This document shows, piece by piece, positions 27,264 through 37,253 of a DNA stretch of 40,402 nucleotides. This stretch comes from a bacterium. GTDB lineage: Bacteria; ARS69. The stretch is from positions 1 to 40,402 of the forward strand of contig JALGZO010000206.1 in the NCBI GenBank assembly GCA_025774865.1, written 5' to 3'. Position 1 is the stretch's first letter. Every line of letters starts with the position of its first letter. A program made the position numbers and the translations under genes. Below the pieces are notes generated by a model. The model searched no databases and had not been told where the DNA came from. It worked only from the letters and a program-made list of their open reading frames with translations.

Positions 27264-28777
27264 CGCGACCTCCGAAGCCTCTGGGCTCGGCCGACCCGAA
27301 CCCAGGGCGGCAGGCCGTCGTTGGAGCCGACCCCGTCCGTCCCCTCGAGGCTCTGGGCCTCCGATGACCGGTGCGCGTGGATCGCGGCCGCGATCGCCGC
27401 AACCTCCTCACGCTTGCCGAAACCGATGCCCACGAACCGGAAGTCGCTCTGCACGCGCTCCAGCCAGCCGGTGTCGACCTCGCCCTTCACGAACGCCGGT
27501 TCGGAGAGAATCCACCGCAAGAACGGGATGTTCGTGGTCGGTCCCTCGATGCGGTATTCGATGAGCGCCGCCCGCGTGCGCGCCATGGCCTCGCTGCGAT
27601 CCGTGCCCCAGGTGACGAGCTTCGCGAGAAGCGGATCGTAGTGGACGGGGACGTCGAACCCCTCGTAGACGCCGGAGTCGTTGCGGACGCCCGGGCCCGA
27701 CGGTTCTCGCAGGAAACGGATCCGTCCCACCGAGGGAAGGAACCTGCGCGCCGGGTCCTCCGCGTACACGCGGCATTCGATGGAATGGCCGCGGGGCACG
27801 ATGGTCTCCGGGATCTCCAGTTTCTCGCCGGCCGCGATCCTGAGCTGCTCCCGCACGAGATCGATGCCCGTGGTCATCTCCGTCACCGGGTGCTCCACCT
27901 GCAGGCGCGTGTTCATCTCGAGAAAGTAGTAGTCGCCGTTCGGGGCGAGCAGGAATTCCACGGTTCCCGCGTTCAGGTAGCCCACGGACTCGGCCGCCTT
28001 GACCGCGACGTCGCCGAACTCGGCCCGCCGCTCGGCTCCGAGCGAGGGGCTCGGAGCCTCCTCGATCACCTTCTGGTGCCGGCGCTGCACGCTGCACTCG
28101 CGCTCTCCCACGAACACCGTCCGTCCGTGTCGGTCGGCGAGGATCTGCGCCTCCACGTGGCGTGGGCTCTCCACGAGCTTCTCCACCAGGAGGTCGTCGC
28201 TGCCGAACGAGGACACCGACTCTCCTCGGGTGAGCCGAAGCGCCGCGTCCATCTCCTTGGCGGAATGAACTGCGCGCATGCCCTTGCCGCCGCCACCCTT
28301 GGCGGCCTTCAGAAGGACCGGGTAGCCGATATCCCTCGCCATCGTCTTGGCTTCCCGGTCGCCGACGGGGCCCTCGCTCCCGGGGACGACCGGGACGCCG
28401 GCCTTCGCCACCGCTGCCTTGGCGACGGCCTTGTCACCCATGGCCGAGATCGCGGACGGGGGTGGTCCGATGAACGAGATTCCGGCGCTCTCGCACGCGG
28501 CCGCGAACTCCGCGTTCTCGGCGAGGAAGCCGTAGCCGGGGTGAATCGCGTCAGCCCCCACGCCTCTCGCGGCGTCGACGATTCTGTCGATGACGAGGTA
28601 GCTTTCCGACGCCGAGGCGGGACCGATCGCCACCGCCTCGTCGGCGAGCAACACGTGAAGCGCCTTGCGGTCGGCCTCCGAGTACGCTGCTACCGAGTGA
28701 ACGCCCATCTCCCGGCACGCGCGGATCACACGCACCGCGATTTCCCCTCTGTTTGCCACTAACACCTTGTCGAACAT
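27260..28777 (-). CDS. Biotin carboxylase subunit of an acyl-CoA (propionyl/acetyl-CoA) carboxylase
   Basis: Shows MFDKVLVANRGEIAVRVIRA..., ATP-grasp motifs and YFLEMNTRLQVEHPVTE. 505 aa. Confidence 0.93.
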   Translation of the reverse strand: MFDKVLVANRGEIAVRVIRACREMGVHSVAAYSEADRKALHVLLADEAVAIGPASASESYLVIDRIVDAARGVGADAIHPGYGFLAENAEFAAACESAGISFIGPPPSAISAMGDKAVAKAAVAKAGVPVVPGSEGPVGDREAKTMARDIGYPVLLKAAKGGGGKGMRAVHSAKEMDAALRLTRGESVSSFGSDDLLVEKLVESPRHVEAQILADRHGRTVFVGERECSVQRRHQKVIEEAPSPSLGAERRAEFGDVAVKAAESVGYLNAGTVEFLLAPNGDYYFLEMNTRLQVEHPVTEMTTGIDLVREQLRIAAGEKLEIPETIVPRGHSIECRVYAEDPARRFLPSVGRIRFLREPSGPGVRNDSGVYEGFDVPVHYDPLLAKLVTWGTDRSEAMARTRAALIEYRIEGPTTNIPFLRWILSEPAFVKGEVDTGWLERVQSDFRFVGIGFGKREEVAAIAAAIHAHRSSEAQSLEGTDGVGSNDGLPPWVRVGRAQRLRRSR

Positions 28778-28833
28778 GGAGGGCTGCCTTCTTCTTTCAA
28801 TGTCTCTCCGGGTCGATTCCCCGCGGAATCCAC

Positions 28834-30378
28834 CTAGAGAGGAATGTTGCCGTGCTTCTTGGCCGGGATCGTCTGCTGCTTCGTGCGCAACGCCTCGAGC
28901 GCCGTGATCAGATGTCGCCGCGTGTGGGCGGGCTCGACCACGTTGTCCAGGAATCCGTAGCTCGCGGCGATATACGGATTCGCGAAGCGCTCGCGATACT
29001 CGTCCACGAGCCGCTTCTCCTCCTTCGCGGAGTCCTTGGCGTCCTGAATCTCACGGCGATGAATGATCCGCACCGCGCCCTCCGCTCCCATGACGGCCAG
29101 TTCCGCCGTCGGCCACGCGACGTTGTAGTCGCCCCGCACGTGCTTCGAGGACATGACGTCGTACGCGCCGCCGTACGCCTTGCGCGTGATGACCGTGAGC
29201 TTCGGAACCGTCGCCTCACAATAGGCGTAGAGGAGCTTCGCCCCGTGCTTGATGATGCCGCCCCATTCCTGCGCCGTCCCCGGAAGAAAGCCGGGTACGT
29301 CCTCGAACGTGATCAGCGGCACGTTGAAGGCGTCGCAGAAACGGACGAATCGCGCCCCCTTGAGGGAGGCGTCGATGTCGAGGACGCCGGCGAGGTGCTT
29401 CGGCTGGTTCGCGACGATGCCCACCGCGCGGCCATTCAGACGACCGAAACCGATCACGAGATTCCTCGCGTACTCCGGTTGAATCTCGAGAAAATCGCCG
29501 TCATCGAGGACGGGAAGGAGCGCGTCGCGGATGTCGTAGGGCCGGTGCGGGTCATCCGGTACCACGTGGTTGAGCGACGGCTCGACTCGATCGGCCGGGT
29601 CCGACGAGTCGCGGCGCGGAGGATCTTCGGTGTTGTTGCTCGGGAGGTAAGCGAGCAGGCGCCGGACGAGGGCGAGGCAGTCCTTCTCGGATGGTGCGCG
29701 CAGGTGCGCGACGCCGCTCTTGACGGTGTGCGTCTTCGCTCCGCCGAGGTCTTCGAAGCTCACCTCCTCGTTCGTCACCGCCTTGATGACGTCGGGGCCG
29801 GTGATGAACATGTGGCTCGTGCCTTCGGCCATGATGATGAAGTCGGTGATGGCCGGCGAGTACACGGCGCCGCCGGCGCAGGGCCCGAGGACCGCGGAAA
29901 TCTGCGGCACGACGCCGGAGGCGAGAGTGTTCCGCAGGAAGATGTCCGCGTAGCCACCGAGCGACAGGACTCCTTCCTGGATGCGCGCGCCGCCGGAGTC
30001 GTTGAGCCCGATGATCGGAGCTCCCGACTCCACCGCCAGGTCCATGATCTGGCAGATCTTCTTCGCGTTGGCTTCCGACATCGTGCCACCGAACACCGTG
30101 AAGTCCTGGGCGAAGACGAACACGGTTCGCCCGGAGATGCGACCGAACCCGGACACCACGCCGTCGCCCGTGATCTTGCGATCGGACATGCCGAAGTCGG
30201 TCGACCGGTGCGCCGCGAAGAAACCGAGCTCCTCGAACGAGCCACGGTCGAGCAGGAGCTCGAGCCGCTCGCGGGCGAGGAGCTTCCCTGCCTCGTGGAT
30301 CTTCGCGACGCGTTCTTCGCCGCCCGCCCGGAATGCCTCTTCCCGTCGCTGCTTGAGCTCGTCGAGGCGGTTCGTCAC
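28834..30378 (-). CDS. pccB: Propionyl-CoA carboxylase beta chain / methylmalonyl-CoA carboxyltransferase
   Basis: GTG start 7 nt after AAGGAGG, in a GTGA overlap with the FAH gene. Carboxyltransferase N and C domains are present ([15 protein letters not shown]..., [13 protein letters not shown]...). Confidence 0.92.
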   Translation of the reverse strand: MTNRLDELKQRREEAFRAGGEERVAKIHEAGKLLARERLELLLDRGSFEELGFFAAHRSTDFGMSDRKITGDGVVSGFGRISGRTVFVFAQDFTVFGGTMSEANAKKICQIMDLAVESGAPIIGLNDSGGARIQEGVLSLGGYADIFLRNTLASGVVPQISAVLGPCAGGAVYSPAITDFIIMAEGTSHMFITGPDVIKAVTNEEVSFEDLGGAKTHTVKSGVAHLRAPSEKDCLALVRRLLAYLPSNNTEDPPRRDSSDPADRVEPSLNHVVPDDPHRPYDIRDALLPVLDDGDFLEIQPEYARNLVIGFGRLNGRAVGIVANQPKHLAGVLDIDASLKGARFVRFCDAFNVPLITFEDVPGFLPGTAQEWGGIIKHGAKLLYAYCEATVPKLTVITRKAYGGAYDVMSSKHVRGDYNVAWPTAELAVMGAEGAVRIIHRREIQDAKDSAKEEKRLVDEYRERFANPYIAASYGFLDNVVEPAHTRRHLITALEALRTKQQTIPAKKHGNIPL

Positions 30379-31253
30379 TCGGCTGCCTCCTTGCGAACTG
30401 GGTTCTCGAGCACGCCGATCCTCTCGATCTCGCACGTGATCGTCTGACCATCCTCGATGAAGACCTTCGGATCTCGATGGGCGCCGACGCCGGACGGAGT
30501 GCCCGTCGCGATCACGTCGCCCGGCTCGAGCGTTATTCCCTGGGTCACGAACTCGATGATCGCCTCCACGCCATGGATCAGGCTCGACGTGCGTGCGTCC
30601 TGCCGCACCTCACCGTCGACCGAAAGCCGGATCGAGAGGTCGCCGGGATCGGGGACTTCGTCCTTGGTGACGATCGCGGGGCCGAGCGGGCAGAACGTGT
30701 CGAAGCCCTTGGCGCGACCGTACTGCACGTCGCGCTTCTGCAACTTGCGCTCGGAGAAGTCGTTCAGGATCGTGTAGCCGGCGATGAACTGCTTCGCCCG
30801 CGAGGCTCGCACTCGCTTCGCCCGCTTGCCGATCACGATCGCGAGCTCGACCTCCGGATCGACGTGGTGGCAGAACCAGGGAACCACGATCTCGTCCCCG
30901 GGCCCGATGATCGCGGACGGTGCCTTGAGGAAGAGCATCGGTGTCTCGGGCGGCTCCTTGCCTTGCTCCTCGGCGTGCTCGCGATAGTTGAGGCCGAGGC
31001 AGATGATCTTCGAGGGCCGCGCGATGGGGGCGAGCAGCTTGACCTCCGAGAGCGGGCGGCGCGTGAGCGTCACGGCGCGTGCCTCGAGGTCCATGAGAGC
31101 CGGCATTCCGCGCGCGAGAATCCCCTCGGCTCCCGCGTCCTTCGGAAGATCGAGATCCTCGGGGGATCCTGCGTCGGCGATCATGTCGTCGATCCAGAGA
31201 CCGAGCCGGGGGGCGGCCCCGTTGGCCGGATCGACCCAGCGGACGATTCTCAT
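30375..31253 (-). CDS. Fumarylacetoacetate hydrolase (FAH) family protein
   Basis: Shows [32 protein letters not shown] and [13 protein letters not shown], typical of FAH/HpcE-type hydratase/decarboxylase folds. Confidence 0.88.
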   Translation of the reverse strand: MRIVRWVDPANGAAPRLGLWIDDMIADAGSPEDLDLPKDAGAEGILARGMPALMDLEARAVTLTRRPLSEVKLLAPIARPSKIICLGLNYREHAEEQGKEPPETPMLFLKAPSAIIGPGDEIVVPWFCHHVDPEVELAIVIGKRAKRVRASRAKQFIAGYTILNDFSERKLQKRDVQYGRAKGFDTFCPLGPAIVTKDEVPDPGDLSIRLSVDGEVRQDARTSSLIHGVEAIIEFVTQGITLEPGDVIATGTPSGVGAHRDPKVFIEDGQTITCEIERIGVLENPVRKEAAE

Positions 31254-31318
31254 GCTCCTCCGAGATCCGGGCCCGGGTCGTCGACGGCCCGTCAGCGGCG
31301 GACCTTCGAGGGCAAGGC

Positions 31319-31912
31319 CTACGAAGCCTTCAGGCGCACGTACTTGATCTGCATGATCATCTTCTCGGGCTGTCCCATCGACGCCATGTACATGCTGAAC
31401 GTGAACGTGTCCTCACCCGTGATCTCGTTCACCATTCGCCAGGTCGCGGGGCCCCAGAGGGGATCGGTATGCGCGCCCACCGTCTGGTCGCCCTTGCCGT
31501 CCGGAGCGATCGAGCCGCGGGATTCCAAGACGCCGGTGCCGTGGTCGTCGATCCAGTAGTTGAAGCACTCGCCGGACACTCGATCGTAGCCGCTGAGGCC
31601 CATGCCGTGGAACGGTTGCCCCTCACTTTCACCTTCGTACGACGCGCTCAGATAGCGGCCGCCCATGATGAGCTGGTACTCGGCGGTTCCCACGGAGGTG
31701 GAGGGCTCCGGTCCCATGTAGCTCGTGTTCTCGTACTTCCACTGGCCGACGAAGAACTCGAAGTACTCATGCTCTTCTCCCGGCATCGAGTACTTCTCCA
31801 TCCACTCCATCATCATGGCATCGAGCTCGCCGGCACCCTCGTCGGCGATCACGCCGGGGGCGAGGCAAAGAGCCATCGCCGCGACGCTGACCATCAACTG
31901 CCAAACCCGCAT
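31319..31912 (-). CDS. Secreted DUF1579-like protein
   Basis: ATG 31912 follows AAGGAG. Signal peptide MRVWQLMVSVAAMALCLAPGVIA. The body resembles DUF1579 (GQWKYE...GGRYL...GYD...W.D). Only the last 197 codons of ORF 31319..32458 are genuine. Confidence 0.65.
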   Translation of the reverse strand: MRVWQLMVSVAAMALCLAPGVIADEGAGELDAMMMEWMEKYSMPGEEHEYFEFFVGQWKYENTSYMGPEPSTSVGTAEYQLIMGGRYLSASYEGESEGQPFHGMGLSGYDRVSGECFNYWIDDHGTGVLESRGSIAPDGKGDQTVGAHTDPLWGPATWRMVNEITGEDTFTFSMYMASMGQPEKMIMQIKYVRLKAS

Positions 31913-32110
31913 GGGGAACTCCTTTCGTCCCTTCCTGCAATCACTTGCACCGCCCCACATCCAGAAGAATCCGGGGGCATCGTAGCAGCGGTCAGGCTGG
32001 CGAAGTACCTCTTTTCGCGAGAGCGTGGGGGACGCTCGCGGCGGTCTGGCCTCGCTGCGGGGTCCCGGATCCGGCGAGCGGCGGAATCCCCCGAGCGGCC
32101 GAGCGCATCC

Positions 32111-32140
32111 TTGACAGTAGGCGACGGGCTCGGATAGCGT
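32111..32140 (+). promoter_or_regulatory. Putative sigma70-like promoter for the thioesterase-thiolase pair (TTGACA-N18-TAGCGT)
   Basis: Perfect -35 hexamer. The -10-like box ends ~45 nt before the GTG at 32186. Pattern match only. Confidence 0.3.
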
Positions 32141-32185
32141 AACCCGTTTGCCGACTATGACATGCGGGTTTGAACCGGAGAGCTC

Positions 32186-32617
32186 GTGGCGACGCTCGGA
32201 TCGGTCAAGAACTCCACCCATTGCTTCGGGTGCGGGAAGGAGAACGAGGGCGGCCTCCAGCTGGACTTCGAGATCCGGGACGACGGCAAGCTCGAGACGC
32301 GCTTCACGCCCCGGCCGGAGCATGGCGGTTGGGAGGGCGTCTTCCACGGCGGATTGATGGCGACCCTTCTCGACGAGGCCATGATGGCGTACCTCTATCT
32401 GACCGGCACGAACGCGGCGACCGCGTCGCTGGAAGTTCGCTTCCGCGATCCCGTGCACCTCGGTGAGCGCCTCGTCGTCACGGCCTGGGAAGAGAGACGA
32501 AAGGGACGGATCGCCCTGATGACGGCCGAGGCCCGACGAAACAACGAGGTGGTCGCCTCGGGGAAGTCCCGGTGCCTCGTCATCGAGAGAGACGAGAAAG
32601 GAAGCGCAACCCGATGA
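32186..32617 (+). CDS. PaaI/hotdog-fold acyl-CoA thioesterase
   Basis: Shows HCFGCGKENEGGLQL...GGWEGVFHGGLMATLLDEAM, typical of PaaI-type thioesterases. ATGA overlap with the next gene. Confidence 0.8.
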   Translation: MATLGSVKNSTHCFGCGKENEGGLQLDFEIRDDGKLETRFTPRPEHGGWEGVFHGGLMATLLDEAMMAYLYLTGTNAATASLEVRFRDPVHLGERLVVTAWEERRKGRIALMTAEARRNNEVVASGKSRCLVIERDEKGSATR

Positions 32618-33825
32618 AGGACGTGGTGATCCTGGACGGGGCGAGAACCCCGATGGCGGAGTGGGAAGGCGGCAAGAACGGCGCCGGCAGACCGGGCGGG
32701 GCGCTGAAATCCGTGTCCGCGATCGATCTCGGCACGCTCGCGGCCCAGGAAGCGATGCGGCGTTCGGGAGTCGAGCCGTCCGACATCGACGCCACGTTCA
32801 TCGGCAATGCGCTGCAGACCTCCGGGGATGCCATCTACGGTGCGCGTCACGTCGGGCTGAAGTCGGGGGTGCCGATCGATCGACCGGCGTTGACCGTCAA
32901 CCGCCTGTGCGGCTCCGGGATCCAATCGGTGATCTCCGGTGTGCACACGATCGGCTTCGGGGAGGCGTCGACCTGCCTCGTCGGGGGAATGGAAAGCATG
33001 AGCCAGGCGCCGCACGTGATCCGCGGCGCGCGCAGCGGCCTCCGGCTCGGCCAAGGGAAGCTCGAGGACTCGCTGATGGTCGCCCTTCTGGACTCGTACT
33101 GCGGCTGCTACATGGCACAGACGGCGGAGAACATCGCAGGGCAGCGCTCGATCTCGCGAGAGGCTCAGGACGAGTACGCCCTCCTCTCCCAGCAGCGGGC
33201 GGCGGCGGCGAAGGAGCGGGGGGTCTTCGCGAAGGAGATCGTTCCCGTGGAGGCGGGGAAGGGGAAACGAGCGCGTACCGTGACCGACGATGATCACATG
33301 AAGCCCGACAGCACGCCGGAGGGGCTCGCCGCTCTGCCGCCGGCGTTCGGCCGGGACGGCACGGTGACGGCGGGCAACGCGAGCGGCATCGTGGACGGAG
33401 CCGCGGCGCTCGTCATCACCGGCGAGGAAGAGGCTCGCGCGAAGGGATGGAAGGCGCGCGCGCGCATCAAGTCGTGGGCGATCACCGGAGTCGAGCCGGA
33501 GTACATGGGCATCGGGCCGGTGAGCGCCATCCGGAAGGTCTGCGAGAACGCCGGGATGGCCATTTCGGACTTGGATCTGATCGAGATCAACGAAGCGTTC
33601 TCGGCCCAATACCTGGCGGTCGAGCACGACCTCGAACTGAACCGCGAGAAGGTGAACGTGAACGGCGGCGCGATCGCTCTCGGGCATCCGTTGGCCGCGA
33701 CGGGCACCCGGCTTCTCCTGACCTTGATGTACGAGCTGGAGCGGCGAGGTGGCGGGACGGGGGTCGCGTCGGCGTGCATCGGCGGCGGCCAGGGCATAGC
33801 GATGATCATCGAGACCGTGCAGTAG
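32614..33825 (+). CDS. Thiolase (acetyl-CoA acyltransferase), second copy
   Basis: The real start is ATG 32614 (MKDVVILDGARTP). Catalytic set present: NRLCGSG, GNASG, NVNGGAIALGHP, CIGGGQG. Confidence 0.9.
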   Translation: MKDVVILDGARTPMAEWEGGKNGAGRPGGALKSVSAIDLGTLAAQEAMRRSGVEPSDIDATFIGNALQTSGDAIYGARHVGLKSGVPIDRPALTVNRLCGSGIQSVISGVHTIGFGEASTCLVGGMESMSQAPHVIRGARSGLRLGQGKLEDSLMVALLDSYCGCYMAQTAENIAGQRSISREAQDEYALLSQQRAAAAKERGVFAKEIVPVEAGKGKRARTVTDDDHMKPDSTPEGLAALPPAFGRDGTVTAGNASGIVDGAAALVITGEEEARAKGWKARARIKSWAITGVEPEYMGIGPVSAIRKVCENAGMAISDLDLIEINEAFSAQYLAVEHDLELNREKVNVNGGAIALGHPLAATGTRLLLTLMYELERRGGGTGVASACIGGGQGIAMIIETVQ

Positions 33826-33874
33826 AATCCAGGACCCTGCGGTACCTCGACTGGGTGCCGCGGAGGACCCGGTT

Positions 33875-33956
<82 letters not shown>

Positions 33957-33973
33957 TCCGGGATCGGAGGAAC

Positions 33974-35296
33974 ATGAACGTCAAAGTCGATGTGAAGAAA
34001 GAGGAAGCCTGGCGGCGAGTCCTCGCGATCGAAGTTCCCGAGGACGACGTCGCGAAGGAGTACGATCGCGTCGCGCAGAAGGTCGCGAAGAGGGTGCGTC
34101 TCCCGGGTTTTCGGAAGGGCAAGGTCCCGGTGAGTCTCGTGCGGAAATCGTTCCGCAAGGAGCTCGAGCAGGAGTTCCTCGAGACGGTGATGCCCAAGGC
34201 GTTCGGTCAGGCTCTGGACGAGACCGGTCTCGATCCCGTGACCGAGCCCAAGTTCGACGACGTCTCGTTCGGCGAGGAGCGCCCGTTCTCGTTCACGGTC
34301 GGATTCGAATGCCGCCCCGACGTCGAAGTGAAGGACTACCGTGGCCTCGCGGCCGTGAAGGAAGTGCCCGAGGTCACGGACGAGCACGTCGAGTCGATGA
34401 TGGAGGACTTCCGCAAGGGGCGCGCCACACTGGAAGACGTCGAACGGCCGGCGATCCGCGGGGACGTGTTGCTGCTCGACTACCAGGCGGTGGACGGCGA
34501 CGGCAAGCCCATCCCGAATCGAAACGTCAAAGGGTACACGCTCGAGATGGGGGCGGATCAGGTCGTCGACGATTTCGAGAACGCATTGACCGGCGTCGAA
34601 GCGGGGGCCGTGCGCGAAGCGGAGGTCCCGTATCCGGAGGAGTACCCGGACAAGATGCTCGCCGGCTCCACGGCCCGCTACAAGATCAAGGTGAGGGCCG
34701 TGCGGGAGAAGCGCTTCCCGGAGCTGACGGACGAACTCGTGAACGAGCACACCGAACTCGCGACCGTGGAGGAGCTCCGTGAGCGCGTCCGAAAAGACCT
34801 GGGGGAACAGGCGGACCGCGCCGGGGTAGATCGTTTGGAGCGCATTCTCCTGGACCAGGTGGTCGAAGCGAACCCCTTCGACCCGCCGGAGGCACTCGTG
34901 GCGAGTTTGCTCGACGACCTGGTCGGGCGTCAGAAGCTGGAGGCGCACCAGAAGGGTGAGGACCCGGAGTCGCTGGATGCGGCGCTCATCCACGAGCAGA
35001 ACCGTGAGGGAGCCGCGCGGGAGGTTCGTCGGATGCTCGTGCTCGACGCGATCGCGAAGCAGGAAGAGATCGAAGTCGACGCCAAGGAGCTTCGAGAGCG
35101 GGTCGCCTTGATGGCCGCGTTGCGCAGAACGTCACCGAAGAAGGTGATCGAAGAATTGGGCGGAGATCGCTTCCTGCGGCGCATCCGGCGGGAAATGCGG
35201 GACAAAAAGGTCCTTGCCTTTCTCGTAGAGAATGCCGAGATTAGCCAGAAGAGCGTCCCGGTGCGGGCGGGCGAGAGCCGCGAAGCGGGCTCGTGA
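33974..35296 (+). CDS. tig: Trigger factor
   Basis: ATG 33974 follows GGAGG. N-terminal ribosome-binding motif GFRKGKVP, a central PPIase-like region and a C-terminal helical domain. Confidence 0.92.
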   Translation: MNVKVDVKKEEAWRRVLAIEVPEDDVAKEYDRVAQKVAKRVRLPGFRKGKVPVSLVRKSFRKELEQEFLETVMPKAFGQALDETGLDPVTEPKFDDVSFGEERPFSFTVGFECRPDVEVKDYRGLAAVKEVPEVTDEHVESMMEDFRKGRATLEDVERPAIRGDVLLLDYQAVDGDGKPIPNRNVKGYTLEMGADQVVDDFENALTGVEAGAVREAEVPYPEEYPDKMLAGSTARYKIKVRAVREKRFPELTDELVNEHTELATVEELRERVRKDLGEQADRAGVDRLERILLDQVVEANPFDPPEALVASLLDDLVGRQKLEAHQKGEDPESLDAALIHEQNREGAAREVRRMLVLDAIAKQEEIEVDAKELRERVALMAALRRTSPKKVIEELGGDRFLRRIRREMRDKKVLAFLVENAEISQKSVPVRAGESREAGS

Positions 35297-35312
35297 TTCG
35301 CAAACGGAGGGG

Positions 35313-35900
35313 ATGATGGCACTGGTTCCCATGGTCGTGGAGCAGGACGGACGGGGTGAGCGCGCGTACGACATCTATTCGCGACTGCTCAAGGACCGGA
35401 TCGTCTTTCTGGGCACTCCCATCGAAGACCACATTTCGAGCCTGATCATCGCCCAGTTGCTCTTCCTCGAGGCCGAGGATCCCGATCGAGACATCTTCCT
35501 TTACATCAACTCGCCGGGAGGATCGGTCACCGCTGGGCTCGCTATCTACGATACAATGCAGTACATCAAGCCCGACGTGGTCACCATCTGCATGGGGATG
35601 GCCGCGAGCATGGGGGCGGTGCTTCTGACGGCCGGGAAGAAGAGCAAGCGCTCGGCGCTCCCGAACTCCCGGATCATGATCCACCAACCCCTTGGCGGCA
35701 CCCAGGGTCAGGCAGCGGACGTCGAGATCTACGCGAAGGAGATCCTCGGCACCCGAGAGCGTCTGAACCAGATTCTGGCGAATCACACGGGCAAGGACCT
35801 CGATCAGATCGAGAAAGACACCGACCGGAACTACTTCCTGTCGGCGACCGAGGCCAAGGATTACGGGCTCGTCGACGAGGTCATCGACAAGCGGCCGTAG
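35313..35900 (+). CDS. clpP: ATP-dependent Clp protease proteolytic subunit
   Basis: Shows [19 protein letters not shown], catalytic Ser in GMAASMGA and His in IMIHQPLGG. The start is ATG 35313 or, with better SD spacing, ATG 35316. Confidence 0.95.
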   Translation: MMALVPMVVEQDGRGERAYDIYSRLLKDRIVFLGTPIEDHISSLIIAQLLFLEAEDPDRDIFLYINSPGGSVTAGLAIYDTMQYIKPDVVTICMGMAASMGAVLLTAGKKSKRSALPNSRIMIHQPLGGTQGQAADVEIYAKEILGTRERLNQILANHTGKDLDQIEKDTDRNYFLSATEAKDYGLVDEVIDKRP

Positions 35901-35975
35901 TCGGCCGTTGATCCGCGAACTCCGGCTCCGTACATTTGAAGGGACGCCCTTGGCCGGGTCGTTCTTTAGGAGCGG

Positions 35976-37253
35976 ATGAGTCGCTATGGAGCGCACGAGA
36001 TGAAAAAAGGCATGGACTCCCCACACGCCATCAAGTGCTCGTTCTGCGGGCGTGGACAGGACGAGGTCACGAAGCTCGTATCGGGGCCGTCCGTGTACAT
36101 CTGCAACGAGTGCATCAAGCTCTGTAACGACATCCTCGAAGAGGAGATGGGCCGGGAGTCGGCCACCGTCTCCGTCGAGCTGCCCAAGCCCGTCGAGATC
36201 AAGGCGTCGCTCGACGAGTACGTGATCGGGCAGGATCGTGCCAAGAAGGCGCTCTCGGTCGCGGTCTACAACCACTACAAGCGTATCAACTCCGACCTCG
36301 AGGACGATCCCACCGAGCTCGAGAAGTCGAACGTTCTCCTGATTGGCCCTACCGGCACCGGCAAGACGCTGCTCGCCGAGACACTCGCGCGGCTCCTCAA
36401 GGTTCCGTTCGCGATCGTCGACGCGACCACCCTGACGGAAGCCGGCTACGTCGGCGAAGACGTCGAGAACATTCTGGTGAAGCTGCTGCAGGCGGCGGAC
36501 TTCAATCTCGCGTCCGCCGAGCGTGGCATCATCTACATCGACGAGATCGACAAGATCTCGCGCAAGAGCGACAACCCGTCGATCACCCGCGACGTCTCGG
36601 GCGAGGGCGTGCAGCAGGCGCTCCTCAAGATGCTCGAGGGGACCGTTGCGAACGTCCCGCCGCAGGGGGGGCGCAAGCATCCGCAGCAGAAGTACCTCGA
36701 GGTGAACACGCGGAACATCCTGTTCATCTGTGGAGGGGCCTTCGCGGGACTGGAGAAGGTCGTCGCGCGGCGGACCGGTCGCAAGGTCGTCGGCTTCGGC
36801 TCGGACTTGAAGGCCGGACCGAAACCGAGTGAAGCGAGCATTCTTCAGCAGGTGGAGCCTGAGGATCTTCTGAAGTACGGGCTCATCCCGGAGCTGATCG
36901 GGCGACTGCCGCTGCTCTGTACGCTGGACGAGCTCTCCGAGGATCAACTCATCGAGATTCTGACCGAGCCGAAGAACGCTCTCTGCAAGCAGTACAAGAA
37001 GTTCTTCAAGATGGAGAAGGTGGATCTCACCTTGACGGACGAGGCGCTGCGTGGCATCGCACGGATCGCGACGAAGCGCGGTACCGGAGCGCGAGGGCTC
37101 CGGTCCGTCATGGAAGGTGTCATGCTCGAGGTCATGTACGAGATCCCGTCGACCGACGACGTGGTGGAATGCGTGATCACCGAGGAAGCGGTCCTGGGAA
37201 GGAGCGACCCCATTGTCGTCCTCTCGGAAGAGCGGAAGAAAAAGGAAGCCTAG
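35976..37253 (+). CDS. clpX: ATP-dependent Clp protease ATP-binding subunit ClpX
   Basis: Zinc ribbon CSFCG...YICNEC, Walker [12 protein letters not shown] and Walker [10 protein letters not shown]. Alternative in-frame starts at 36000 and 36012. Confidence 0.95.
   Translation: MSRYGAHEMKKGMDSPHAIKCSFCGRGQDEVTKLVSGPSVYICNECIKLCNDILEEEMGRESATVSVELPKPVEIKASLDEYVIGQDRAKKALSVAVYNHYKRINSDLEDDPTELEKSNVLLIGPTGTGKTLLAETLARLLKVPFAIVDATTLTEAGYVGEDVENILVKLLQAADFNLASAERGIIYIDEIDKISRKSDNPSITRDVSGEGVQQALLKMLEGTVANVPPQGGRKHPQQKYLEVNTRNILFICGGAFAGLEKVVARRTGRKVVGFGSDLKAGPKPSEASILQQVEPEDLLKYGLIPELIGRLPLLCTLDELSEDQLIEILTEPKNALCKQYKKFFKMEKVDLTLTDEALRGIARIATKRGTGARGLRSVMEGVMLEVMYEIPSTDDVVECVITEEAVLGRSDPIVVLSEERKKKEA

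Noticed and set aside
31913-32185. The largest non-coding gap (273 nt) was examined for an sRNA, riboswitch or small ORF. It contains the hairpin CGCGAGAGCG-N7-CGCTCGCG (~32015-32040) and the palindrome CCGGATCCGG (~32065-32074).
   Set aside because: No recognisable RNA-family motif is present. No U-tract terminator follows the hairpin on either strand. No plausible small ORF with an SD is present. It is best explained as a divergent promoter region for the DUF1579 gene and the thioesterase-thiolase pair.
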